Shown here: positions 9,385 to 21,128 of the stretch, one piece after another
Layout: every line of letters begins with the position of its first letter
Numbering within the stretch: the first letter of the stretch is position 1
From: Lobosporangium transversale
Lineage: Eukaryota
Assembly: GCF_002105155.1 (NCBI RefSeq)
Contig: NW_019028992.1
Location: forward strand, 806,001 to 828,913
DNA length: 22,913 bases
Direction of reading: 5' to 3'
Translations under genes and position numbers: made by a program
Notes under the pieces: generated by a model
The model's database searches: none
The model's input: only the letters and a program-made list of their open reading frames with translations
What the model was told of the DNA's origin: nothing

Positions 9385-10732
9385 TTAAACGGCTGTGGTG
9401 TTGTTGTCAGGCAAATGCTTCTTGATCCATTCGATATAATAATCAATGACTTTTCTACGCTCCTCCTCGGGCTCGTTATGAAGCTCGTGGAAATGACCCT
9501 CATAGAGCTTGTACTCCTTATCCTTGACCTGCACCTTATCAAAGAACTGCTTACTTGCTGCTGCATCCGTCAACCCATCCTTATCGCCATGACAGATCAA
9601 CAATGGTACATCCGCTGTGATCTCTTTGTATCTCTCTGTCAACAACAACTTCCCGTACGTCAACATATCATTCAAGCCAACCATTGTTACATATCCATGC
9701 ACAAGGGGGTCTGTGTCATATTTCTCCACCTCCTTCTTGTCACGCGAAATCCACTTGGATGACAAGCCAGTCGAAATCTGAAGCGATGGAAACACTTTGG
9801 AGGCATACCTTGCAGCTATAATGGAGATCCAATTGGGGCGTGTGGGTTCTGCGGGAATAATAAGTGGTGCTGATGCAATCAAGCCAGCAAGTCTAGTCCT
9901 CAGTGGGCCAACGCAGTCATAATTCAAAACCAAGTCTCCACCCTGACAAGAAGAAAAAAAAAAGAGCAGATTAGGATCTGTTAAAATACAAAGAAGTGGA
10001 AAATCAAAGATTTGAATAGTATTATCATTCAAACTTTTTCTTTTTCTTTTTTTTTTTTTTTTTTTTTTTGAACATACATAGCTATGACCCATCAGGAACA
10101 AAGGAAGACCCTCGATCTGGCCACGTTCCAAAGCGGCAGTAATGTCAGGAATTGCCTTCTTGAATCCTCCAGTACATCCCAAAGTCTTTGACTTTTTGCC
10201 TATTTTAAATAAATAAATAAATCAAAAAGTCGAGTTATAAGAAAGTCAGTTCTCACATGAGTTTCTATACTTCAGGGCTGAGTAACCCCTTCATGTGATT
10301 TTTATAAAAAAAAAGAACATCCTCTGGATGGAGCTTTGAACATGCCTGTTTGTCCGAATCCACGCTGATCAAAGGCCGAGACCTGGAAACCCGCCTTGTT
10401 AAAATCTTCAAAAACTCCATCGTAGCCTATAATAATCGAATAATAACAAAAAAAGAAACAAGAAAAAAAAGACTCAATATTAATTGCCATCATCCTTAAA
10501 GATCAAAGGATCAAAGGAAGGAAGGAGGAGAGAGAAACAAGTATAGTAATAAAAATGAAGAGCAGAAGAGGAGGGACAACGTACGGACAATATGCTCTCC
10601 TAGACCATGGACAAAGACAATGGAAGCAACTGGTTTTCCGACAGGGTACCAAGTCTTTGTAAAGATTTCATGCCCGTCTTCGGCAGTAATCCACTCCACC
10701 TTGGATGTAGGCTTGTCAGTTGCAGAAGACAT
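9385..10732 (-). CDS. Monoglyceride lipase / lysophospholipase (alpha/beta hydrolase, Yju3/MGLL-like), 4 exons: 10732-10585, 10426-10346, 10199-10078, 9942-9385; 302 aa
   Basis: Motifs: 'VFVHGLGEH', 'FDQRGFGQT', nucleophile elbow 'GHSYGG', 'HGDKD', 'HFHELHNE' (Ser-Asp-His triad). Exons sum to 909 nt when intron 2 is treated as GC-AG. Confidence 0.93.
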
Positions 10733-11022
10733 CGTAGAACAAGTAAAGGATGTAGGAATTGACCAGTATGGGCGAGAATAATTTGAGGAGCAAAGTAAAG
10801 AGGGGGAGAAGCAAGAAAAAAAAGAAAAGAGTGAAGGACAAAAGGTGCAATTGTGTTACCAACACCACGGTGAACACATTCATTGGGCTCCTGGCCCTGA
10901 GTGGCTTATTTGCAATGCACAGACAAGAGGCTGGGCATTGGTCTCGAGTTTTTTTCCATCTCGTATTTGGTCCTTCTTTTTATTAACATTATCATTATTC
11001 CTGCTGATGTTAGCATTGGAAA

Positions 11023-11064
11023 TGGATGATGTGCTTTGTAGTGGATGATGTGCTTTGTAGTGGA
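11023..11064 (+). repeat. Perfect 19-bp tandem duplication (TGGATGATGTGCTTTGTAG x2 plus TGGA)
   Basis: Copies at 11023-11041 and 11042-11060. Confidence 0.9.
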
Positions 11065-11384
11065 CAATGATAACAGCAATTGGAGGACTGGGGGCGTTTT
11101 TGAGGAAAACGAACCACAATAAAGGAATATGGAGACGGACAAATGATAATACAATGATCTTTTTTTTTTTTTTTTTTTTTTTTTTTGGACTCTGGAAAAG
11201 CATTGAGGAGGTAAAGGTCCATTTTCTCCGCGGCATGAACAACAAAGGGCTTCCTGACATCAAAAGCTGCAACCCAGCAGTGCATAAAACAAAAAGTCAT
11301 CCCAGGCTGCGACGAGGCCTTCGCACTGACAGCCGTCAGCGTATTTGCGATAAAGCTTATTTATTTTTCAATGCATGAATCTCT

Positions 11385-12999
11385 TTACAGGTATCCATAG
11401 AGCCCATTGGGGCCACCATCTTCGTGAGTATTACTGTTCTTGTGGCTGTTGTCGTCGTACCGTGCCTTCTGTTGGTCTACATGGTCGCGTCTCGTCTGGG
11501 GCCGTGTCAGTACTCTAGGTAGTAGATATGGTGAGCGAATAACAGGGGGTATACTAATGGGTGCGCTTCTCAAGCGTATTTCTTCTTGTACTTGAGGAAT
11601 TGGTAATAGAGAAGAATGATGGTGACCGGCACTATCATCTAGATGCAGCTGTGCACCACTGGCACCATTATTGTTCTTCTCAAAAGTACCTATACTAGAC
11701 CCTCTATAGCCTCCCGATACTGAGGGTGAAGTCAAAATAGGCGCTGAGATGATCATAGATCGTGGTGAAGAAAGCGTTGGATAACGTGGCGACTTTGCTT
11801 CCTGCCTCGCGAGAGGATGTTGAAGCACTGTACCCTCACCCCAATTTGTTGTCTTATCAACCCCATCAACCCCATCATCACTATCATAGTAATAATAATC
11901 ATCCAGATGCAGCTCGTCCGAAACGGCGACATCTGGCGGAGGTAGATCGGCCCCACCGTTCCCCTGGAAAGCAATACACGGCTTTCTTAGCCCCGATGCT
12001 GTGGATCGTGCTGTCTTCGTGGATGAGCGATGTGCCATGGCAGCACCTGTCCGTGGTAAGGCTTCCGCCGCAACCTTGTCTGTCCTAGGGTCTTGGGACT
12101 CATGGAACGATGGACCATGTCTTAATGACTTTTCTCTATATGATATATACACGTCAGAGCTACGATATACATCATGGTGGCTAGCGTTTGGGTCTGTAAT
12201 TGTGAACCCGGTGCTTGTGCTGCCATTATTGTTGTTGACTTGGTTTAGCGCGTAACGGGAATGAGACCCTTCGGACTTCTTGATCTTAATAGCTGGGGCG
12301 CGCGTCTGGCGATTGCGCCTCCGTATTAAGAGGAACGCGATGATTATCAGTATCACAGCTATACATGAGACGCCAATGATGACACCCTTGTTTGATGATA
12401 TAAAGGATGGGGATGAAGAAGACTGCTCGTCTTGCGACTTTGAAGTGGAAGAAAGGGACGTTGGTTGTGAACCAGTTTTTGTCATTGTAGCTGATGATGA
12501 TAATGGGGACGAAGGAAGTCTTATATCGGATGAGGTTCTATCATCTGGAATCGAGCAAATTGGCCCTACAGAGCACACCTCACCGTTAACCGATACTGAC
12601 TCTGCATGGGGAGGGTCTATGGCAGAAGGAGTAGCGGCAGCAGCGGTTATTGTGTTGCCATTTATCCCTTCATCTACTCTTTTGGATAAATATTTATTCA
12701 CACCGCCATTGCCAACATTTTGAAGTGTGACTCCATCGGGCAACGCTGTAATATTAGGAAACGAGACTTGGAGTTGATCTTGACTGCCCCATTGACAGAA
12801 CGCAGTGGAGGATGATACAAACATACAGCCACTAGGCGTAGCTGTGATCAGGAACGCATCAGGAAACTTGATGATGGCCTTATGTTCAACCCCCTCAGGA
12901 GAAGAACCATGATTGGTAGAGTGGGCACTGATCTTAAGGGTAACAGCATAGGACGAGGAAGATGATGAGTCAAGGGGGTCGAGGGCATGCGAAGAAATG
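11385..12999 (-). CDS. Single-pass type I membrane protein with small Cys-containing ectodomain, Ser/Thr-rich stalk and disordered cytoplasmic tail; main exon only, 5' exon uncertain (candidate ATGs at 13176 or 13342)
   Basis: Open frame of about 540 codons. TM segment 'GVIIGVSCIAVILIIIAFLLI' followed by 'RRRNR'. Acceptor TTACAG ends at 13000. Upstream candidate exons encode signal-peptide-like text (MTMTIPIHCCSFIL or MTLYARRARQLFIIVMAL). Confidence 0.75.
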
Positions 13000-14581
13000 C
13001 TGTAACAACACTCTATTAACAAAATTCAATTAATAAATGTTTAAATGTTTAATTTAAAATTTAATAACCAAAAACAATGCACGGAGGAATATTGATTAAT
13101 AAAAATAATTAAAAACAAGAAAAAAAAAAATTCACAGGATAAAACTACAACAATGAATAGGAATGGTCATTGTCATGCAAATGTGTGTTCATTTCTTTTT
13201 TTTTTTTTTCTTTTTATAAATATATGAGTAAACGAAAAAGAAGAGGAGACCTACTGGAGAGAGCAATCCCTGTCAAAAAACTAGGGTGGAGAGCCATGAC
13301 AATAATGAAAAGTTGCCGAGCGCGACGCGCATACAGTGTCATTTTGAATGGTTTGAGAATTTAAATAAAATGCGACAAAAATTAAGATGTTTGGGATTTC
13401 CTCCAAGAGCAATGACGAACGCTCTGCAGAAACGTTGGGAGATACAATAGGCGATAATCGAGGAAGTAAAAGATATTGAAAAAAGAAAAAAAAAAAAAAA
13501 AAAAGATATGAAAGTAAGGATGGAGGTATATGTGTAGAAGCGATGATTGCAAATTGGAAAGACCGTTGATGGAGGAAAGAAGAAGGGTTGTATGATAAAA
13601 ATGCAGAAGAGAGCGAGGAAGAGCGGAAAGTGAAAGTGAACGCGAGAGAGAAAAGCAATATGAACAAGAGAAGGTCAATTCTTTCATGGTTCCTGTGGGG
13701 CGAGGGGCACTGTATTTTCCTTCCTTGTCAAGGAAAAAAAAAATCCTTTCGCAGACATTTCCATGAATGCTTTCCTCAATTTTTGTGATGAGGATTCTTA
13801 CTTTCGCATGGAGCCTCACCCAATCGTTTTTTCTCATCAGTTCTGCTTTCACGCTCTCTTTCTCCTTCTCTTCTCTTGCCCATCTCTTTATCATGGGGGA
13901 ATCAATGAACGAAAGAAAAGAACAACCAGATGCTTCTCTGAACTGAACAACCACCATAGTTTTAATCGCCCCCCATCTCGCCAAACACAAAACAAAAAAA
14001 CTCATTGGACAAATTGATAATCCCATGTTGTTTGGCTGTTTTTTGTCTTGTTCTTCTTGTTCTTTGACTTTCATCAACTAAAGTTTGACATGTTACACCA
14101 CTTTAATTTTACACGACCGTTTTGTTTGTTTATATATATATATATATTTTTTTTGCATTCAACGCCATTTGGTGTGAAATGCAAACATTACAACCATGCA
14201 ACAAAAAAAAAAGTGTGAACTTTAGAAATGCATTCAATAATTAAGATCATGCAAACTCATTTAAGCATAGACGATCATCTGTAGATCATATATTAAAGTC
14301 TTTTTTGTTAAAAAAAAAAAAAAAATATGTACAGGTATTTTATTATCATCACAGTAAGAACAATGAGGACGAGCATATGTGTTGATGCGAAAAAGTATAC
14401 AATATCAAATCCAGGAAAAAAAAAAAACCATAAATAGAACAAATGTAGCAGTACAATGAAGAAGAAGAAGAAAAAAAAAATGCCAAAAGGAACAGAAGTT
14501 CAGCCATAGTCGCGATTTAGATCTACAGAGAACAATAGAAAACCCCCCCCCCCTCAACACCGCCATGATCGTCATCATGTT

Positions 14582-17500
14582 TTACATCCATAGCGAGCCA
14601 CTAAGCTGAGGCTCAACCATGGAGCGACTGCTTGCGATGGAAGGATCTTGCTGTTGAATATGAGCAGGATTGAGAGTTCCGTTACTGCCAGAGTCTGTGA
14701 AATCAATCCAGAATTTGGTAGGGTCATAATCAAAACCATCTGTCATGGTTGAAGCCATTGGACCCATGCCCAATTGTTCCTGACCCATCTTTTGTTGTGC
14801 TTCCATGGAAAGGTCTGTCATGGTCATTGGCATGTTATGGTGGCCATGCTGCTGCTGTTGTTGTTGCTGTTGTTGCTGGAGCATCTGTAATGCATATCTG
14901 TGGCTAGGAATGACAGGAGCTGTCATGGTATTCAAGACAGACTGAGATTGGGATGTGTTGGGATCTTGCTCCTTCATACCCATATCCGATTGCTGACGCT
15001 GCTGTTGACGCTGAAGCTGCTGTCTCATTAGCTGTTGCTGTTGTAACTGCTGCTGCTCCAGCAATGACTCAGTCTTGATCTCAGAAGGCTTGTTCAATAC
15101 ACTAGCACCAAAGGTCTGCATCTGCTGATACAAGCGATGCTGCTGCTGGATTTTGAGCTGCTGTTGCTTCTGTTGCTCCTTCAAGTCCAATGTAAGCTGT
15201 TGCTGCTGTTGCTGTTGTTGTTGCTGTGCTACTAGGTTATAGATGAGCTGGGGAGCGTTGATAGCGCCATTTGTCACATCAGAAGTAGTCGATGTCATCA
15301 TCGAGAAAGTGGGAGTCATGATGTGCTGTGGCATCGAAGAGATAGGCAAGGTTCTTGTCAGAGTTGGAGTGTACTGCACAGATGTTGTTGAATGTTGCGA
15401 CATTGAAGGAACTGCCTCGAATTGACGCCTCTTGCGGCTTGGCAGAGCATCACTCTCCTGCTGTACCATGTTCTCACCACCCTGATTGATCTCATCTTCT
15501 GCTGCTGCTTGAGAAGTAGTGGCCAAAAACTGCTCTAAAATCTAGATCATCAAAGTAAGGAAATATTAAATGGTTAGATACAAGAGAGCGACATCAAAAT
15601 TTTAGTTACTCCTCAAAGGTTAAACTTTTTGTTAAATAAAGCATACCTTAATGCCCTCTAAGACACCTCCCGAGTATGAGGAACAGTTAAGGAAGCTTTC
15701 CAATACATTGAGCGTGCGCTTGTAATAGTCCATCGCCACTTGTGAGCCGCGCTTATCATAGACTGCATTCATGGCATGAATCACACCTGCCTGCAAAAGA
15801 GCGAAGAGTGCAAATCGGTTGACAACATACGAGCATTGCTCCATGTCTAATCCCTGTGCAATGTCGGTGATGGCGCGTCCGGAGCCTGTGCAAATGGTGT
15901 TTGACTGCGCGGCTGCAGGAGAACCAGCTGCACCAACGATATAGGGACGATGGAGCAGAATCAAAGTGGTGTTATAGACAATGTAAAGATAAGCTGGGTA
16001 CACCTCACCGGCCTCCTTTGCGAGAGCAACAGCTCGATTGGCCTCGGCAAGCGAAGCTTGGATGGAAGGCGGTGATCGCAAAGGAGAACCTGGAGAGCCT
16101 CGCTTGGAAACATTGGGGTTTTGCCAACGCATCTCAGGCGCCAAGTTACTCAACCAGGAGGAAAGTGACCCTTCGATAAAAGACACCATCGAATCATGTC
16201 CACCGAACTGAGGTGGTAATGATTGGGCAGAATACGAATGCTGCAGAACACTTCCAAGGATCTATTTGATAATATTGAAAAATCAGAACAATAATAAATT
16301 AGACAAAGCTTGCAAAACGAAAAGTATTAAAAAAGGATAAAATAATAGTATAAAAAAAGGTATACCTTGACCAAGCGGACCATGCAGATAAATCCACGCA
16401 AGTCTTGCTGTGAAGAAGTCGGGGCCATGGGTAGTTCGACATCACTTTCTTTGTCGTGCATCATCAGACCCAAGCCCAACCAGGAAGAGAATTGATGGTC
16501 CTATTTAATTGTTATTTTAAAAAATAAAAAATATCAGGAAAATATCCATTTGCCGGCCCTTTTTTAAATAGTAATAAAACTTTCTTGTTTAAAAAACTTA
16601 CAAGGATGAACATCGACCACCACAAATAGCGAAGACCGTCAGCCTCGGGACCACTGATTATGTTTTCAGGATCGCGGTTGAGTCCCAATTCATGTGCCAT
16701 ACGAATAGCCATCGAGAGATAGCTACTGCTGCGTGTAGCCTTCCATTGGCCTTGGTGGTGATACTGCGACATCAGACACAATGCCTGAACAGTACTCACA
16801 CGGGGTACGTCCATAAAGTCGTCTAGCAATAAGCGTGCAGCATCAAAGAAACTTTGACTTAGGAAGCCTGAGTGTTGACGATCCTCCAAAGTCACAGAGT
16901 TGGTCGAGGGAACCTTGGCTGCTACTGCCAAAAGGGCATTGAGCAACAAGGGGGAAATAGGTGCTGCTGGATCTTGAGAATGTTGGTTATGTGCCTCGAT
17001 ATCCTCTGCCTGAGCTGGGCGGTTTCTAGGGTGGGAAGAAGGTGTTTGGGGGCAAAGAGGGCAGTTTTGTTGCTCCCATTGCTTCATAAAGGTGGGACGA
17101 TGGATAATGGGCAAGTAGATATTGAAACGTTCAAAGAACGATTCGATCAACTGAAGAGTCTGCTCCGGAGAGATGGTAGGTGTGAAAGAGCGAGTAAGGA
17201 TAGGAAGAGAAGGCTCAAGACTCTGAAGTGTGAACTGAAGGTGGTTGCGACCGTATTGGAGAGATTGCTCTGGGCCAAGCCAGGGGAAGGGAACAGTGGT
17301 ACGGACTGAAGTAGATCCCAATTTATCAAACATTGAGGTGAGAGAAGCGATATCTGCATTGGTGACTAGGCTGCTGTCGTTCTGTGAAGAGTGATGGGGC
17401 AAGACATCATGGGAAAACGGGAGTAAGGATGTGATGGAATGGTTGCGAGAAATCAAAGGTGAGTGACGGCCAAGGGGTGACATGGCCACAGAACCCGAGC

Positions 17501-18011
17501 GGATGTTGCGCGAGGATGGGGTGCTGGAGCGAGCAGGACGTAAAGCAGGCGAAGCAGGCTGTTGCTTGACCTTAACGAGGTCGTTAGAGTAAGTGCTGGC
17601 GCAGCCGTCATCCTCATCTTCATCATGGCTGTCCTCGTTGTCCTCGTTATTTTGAGAAGTATGAGAAGCAGACGCAGCAGTGGAGGATGAGACAGTGGCC
17701 TTGTCTGTGGATGAAGAGGACGAGGCCTCGGGGAGGGTGTTTTTCTTTTTTCTAACAATACTGGTAAGCATATTTTCAATCTTGCCCAGTCTGTCCTCAA
17801 TCACTTCGACGTAGCCCTTTGGAGGACCACGCTTTGTGTTGCTGGTTGTGTAAACACATTGGGTTTTTGCCGCTTTACAACCACTGCAACCATCAGGGAC
17901 ACCGTCGCACTTGACTCTTCTCCGTCGACAATTATCGCATGCCTTTGTGATTTTGGATCTCTTTTGTTGAGTGCTGCTGTTGAAGTCCAACAGCATAGGA
18001 GAGTTAAACAT
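14582..18011 (-). CDS. Zn(II)2Cys6 (GAL4-type) transcription factor with fungal-specific middle-homology domain and Gln-rich C-terminus, 4 exons: 18011-16602, 16500-16366, 16261-15647, 15541-14582; ~1039 aa
   Basis: Zn cluster 'ACDNCRRRRVKCDGVPDGCSGCKAAKTQC' then 'KRGPPKGYVEVIEDRL'. Middle-homology motifs 'FFERFNIYLPIIHRPTF', 'STVQAL', 'MAIRMAHELGLNRD', 'RYLWWSMFILD', 'ILLHRPY'. Three phase-0 GT-AG introns. Start could also be the ATG near 17996. Confidence 0.95.
14846..15227 (-). repeat. Several CAG/CAA polyglutamine tracts in the transcription factor C-terminus
   Basis: Q10 and Q11 runs plus mixed Q-rich blocks in the translated exon. Confidence 0.85.
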
Positions 18012-19886
18012 AGTGTCTAACTTGAATGCGTGGGAATAGATAGGGTAAGATGGGGTGTGCGCTGTGCGTTTGTGAACTTTTGCGCCGTGCAATAAGGATT
18101 AGATTATTGCACAAGCACTTTCTGTTGAGTGTGGCAACGTGGAGGTGTTAATATGACGCACAAAGAAGGTCACGGGAGTAATGTTTAGGACTAGACCGTT
18201 TGAGAAGTGGGTATGAATGAATCTGGATGGAGAGTGTGAGTATAAATAAGGGTATGAATGTATATGTGAATAAATGAGGGAAAGAATGAGAATCGAAGTT
18301 TGAAATGGAAATGGAGAATGGAGATTGATGAAGAGAAAGAGAGAAGAGAAGGGAAAAGAGAAGAGAGGGGAAGAGACGGGAAAATAAGGGAAATTGGGCG
18401 CTAGAAAGAGAAAGTCAAAAAGGCACATTTCACACAATCACACAATCACAAAAAGAGAGAGCAAAAAAAAAAAAAAAAAAAAAAATGAAGCGAGAGCGGG
18501 TGAGCCATGATAGAATAATATAATCCTTTGTTAATATGTTTTATCAGCTGGATATTCATGGGTATATAACAGTATTATTTGCGGAGTCTTTTTTTTTTGA
18601 TCGGGCATGTTTCTTTTTTATTACCATGATGAATGGACAATAAGTTTGCTCTACTCTCTTTCTACGGAAAGCCTTGCAGAAAACGTTGTTGTCATGGCAA
18701 AGAAACCAGGCAACCGTGCAAGTGTTAATTGATGGGATTTACCAAAAAAGCGATTGCAACTTGCCCGTGGACTCCCAGTTTGTTTGTTTATTTGTTTGTG
18801 TCTTTATGTTTTGAGCATGGTTACAAAAAGAAAAAAAAAAAATAGAAAAAACTTGTTGTCCAGTTGACCTCTGTTTTTAAACATTTGGAGTGAACTTGTC
18901 CCTTTCAAAGTGAGAGGCCCCATGTGTTCCCCCCCACCCTCCTTCCTGCACCACCCCTTATTTAGAGCCAGTAACGGGCTCACGTTGAGGCACCGCTGGT
19001 TCAGATTGGACAGGATCGGCCTTATTTTTTATTTTCTCTGTTTTTTTGTTCATATCTCCAAGGGATACATGGGCCCTACCAAGAACAGGTAAAGTTTCAA
19101 TCGTATGTTGACAGTAGCCTGCGCTTACTGATCTCATTCTGTTTTTATTTTTGTTGAAAGAATGCTTAGTGTCCTACTACTTCATTTAGCGCCCAATTGC
19201 GCCTAATGCCATCATGATCTCTGCCTTGCGGAGTTTTTATTTATTTTATTTATTAGGATAGACAAAAAGTTGAACGAATCAATAGACAAAAATGATTAAG
19301 AATGCCTTTCTATTTTTATAAGACTGAATTCATTTTTAAAATAAAAAATAAAAAATAAAAAATGTTTTGTCTCCTTTTCAAAAATGGCGTACATTCGTCC
19401 ATTAACAATGTAGACCTTTTGCTTTCCGATCACTAACACCTGCATGCATTTGGGATATATTCTGCAATCATGTTCAGGTGGACATCTGAAATTGGAATTT
19501 TTTTCTCTTTTGTCCATCAGGCCTACTGTTGATCCTTAAATTTGCTCATTGTGCAGTACATGTCCATTACTTTTTTGTTTAATGTTTTTATTTTTTTTAG
19601 AAAGAAATGGGCATTTGACTCTATCCCTGTAATTGTTTTGACGTGGCTGTTTAATTGGCAATAAAAACTAGAAACAAATCAAATGTCGTTTGTATATATA
19701 AATGATAGAAACGATGATGCAAATCCTAATAGCCATAACCATGTATAAATGGCATAGTGACTTCTAACAAATGATAACAATTAATAAATGTTTAATTTCA
19801 TAGATAAGTGTCCTATTAGATGGCCAGATTCCCTTCCTTGGAGAAGGAAGATATCTGACGTGAGGAGATTGGAGATCTTTTTCCCA

Positions 19887-19922
<36 letters not shown>

Positions 19923-20165
19923 TTTCTTTCCTTTTTGCCACCCAGGCAAGCCCCTGATTGAACTTGTTTCTTCCTTGTTTCACTTCGTCATATCAGACTC
20001 TGGAAGGACTGCAAGCTTTTCTGAAATATCAAAATAGGAGGTGGCCTCTGGACTACTGAAGCATATGCCTGTCCATCTAAACATTGTAAATCCTGGGTTA
20101 AGTGCTTATGACACCAAAGAGCACGTTCAACGCCTTTGATGACATTAAAGACCAGAGATGTAATG

Positions 20166-20166
<1 letters not shown>

Positions 20167-20198
<32 letters not shown>
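20167..20198. repeat. (TA)n microsatellite
   Basis: About 16 TA units read directly. Confidence 0.95.
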
Positions 20199-20199
<1 letters not shown>

Positions 20200-20972
20200 T
20201 TGTTGGAATGATTTATGAGCTGACATGCACATTCTCTTACAATGACAATAACGGGAATAACGCATCCTCTAATTAAAGAGCATTTCATATCAGCTCTAGT
20301 GCAAATTGAGTTTTTTTTTTTACCTTTATTTTCAATGATCTTGTGACAATAGAAAGACACGTTTTCTAGATGTTTCAAACTATACATGTGATGAGGTTAT
20401 TGAAAATCCATTTCTATTCACTGTTCATGGTGTCATAGGAAGGATTAATTTGGAAATGAAAGTCTCTGAAGGTTTCAGTCGATCCAACTGCCAGACAACA
20501 ACTCAAGTGTAGATCCTCAGAGCCCTTGATCTCTCTTATCGGACAGACTCGGTGATCATAGTCTCAGTCCGCAGTTTCGATCAAGCATGATGGATAAATA
20601 TTACCAAACCAATCAATGACGTGCACATGTGGGAAACACCAGTCATAGGTAAGTCTTCATCAATTGTTAGATCGTTGATTTCGAAAGAGCAGAACAATCT
20701 TGGATCCTCTGCTCCTTTAAAATGTCTCGGTACTTTATCAAGAACTCGATCATGGCTTCGAGGGTTCCCCTGGCATTTTCACTGTTGGAGCTAAAAGCTA
20801 TGCCACCCAGTCTCATAAGGATTGGGCCATCAAAAGATGTACGGCAGAGCAGGCGAAATTATTGGCTGCGGATGTGATGTGCTCACTCCAGCCACCAAAA
20901 GAATATGCGATAATATGGAGGGATAGACGTACAATTGTTGATGTCGACATTGACACACGTAGACAATAGAAG

Positions 20973-21128
20973 CAACAACAACAACAATAATAATAATAAT
21001 AATGATAATAATAATAATGATGATAATAATAATGATGATAATAATAATGATAATAATAATAATGATAATAATAATAATGATAATAATAATAATGATAATA
21101 ATAATAATGATAATAATGATAATAATAT
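20973..21128 (+). repeat. Compound (AAC)n/(AAT)n microsatellite with periodic GAT interruptions (15-bp higher-order unit)
   Basis: (caa)5 then (aat)n punctuated by gat about every fifth triplet. Confidence 0.95.

Noticed and set aside
13281..14077. ORFs of 128-231 aa upstream of the membrane-protein gene
   Set aside because: Low-complexity translations of CT-rich and poly-T promoter/UTR sequence, with no domain signal.
7232..18011. Co-oriented ribokinase, lipase, membrane protein and transcription factor as a metabolic gene cluster
   Set aside because: No shared pathway is evident, and co-orientation of four genes is unremarkable by chance.
18099..18437. 112-aa Phe/Ser/His-rich ORF
   Set aside because: Pyrimidine-rich 5' UTR/promoter of the Zn2Cys6 gene.
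19824..19858. Short hairpin CAGAT..CTTCCTT-GGAG-AAGGAAG..ATCTG
   Set aside because: Too short to distinguish from chance; no associated gene or repeat.
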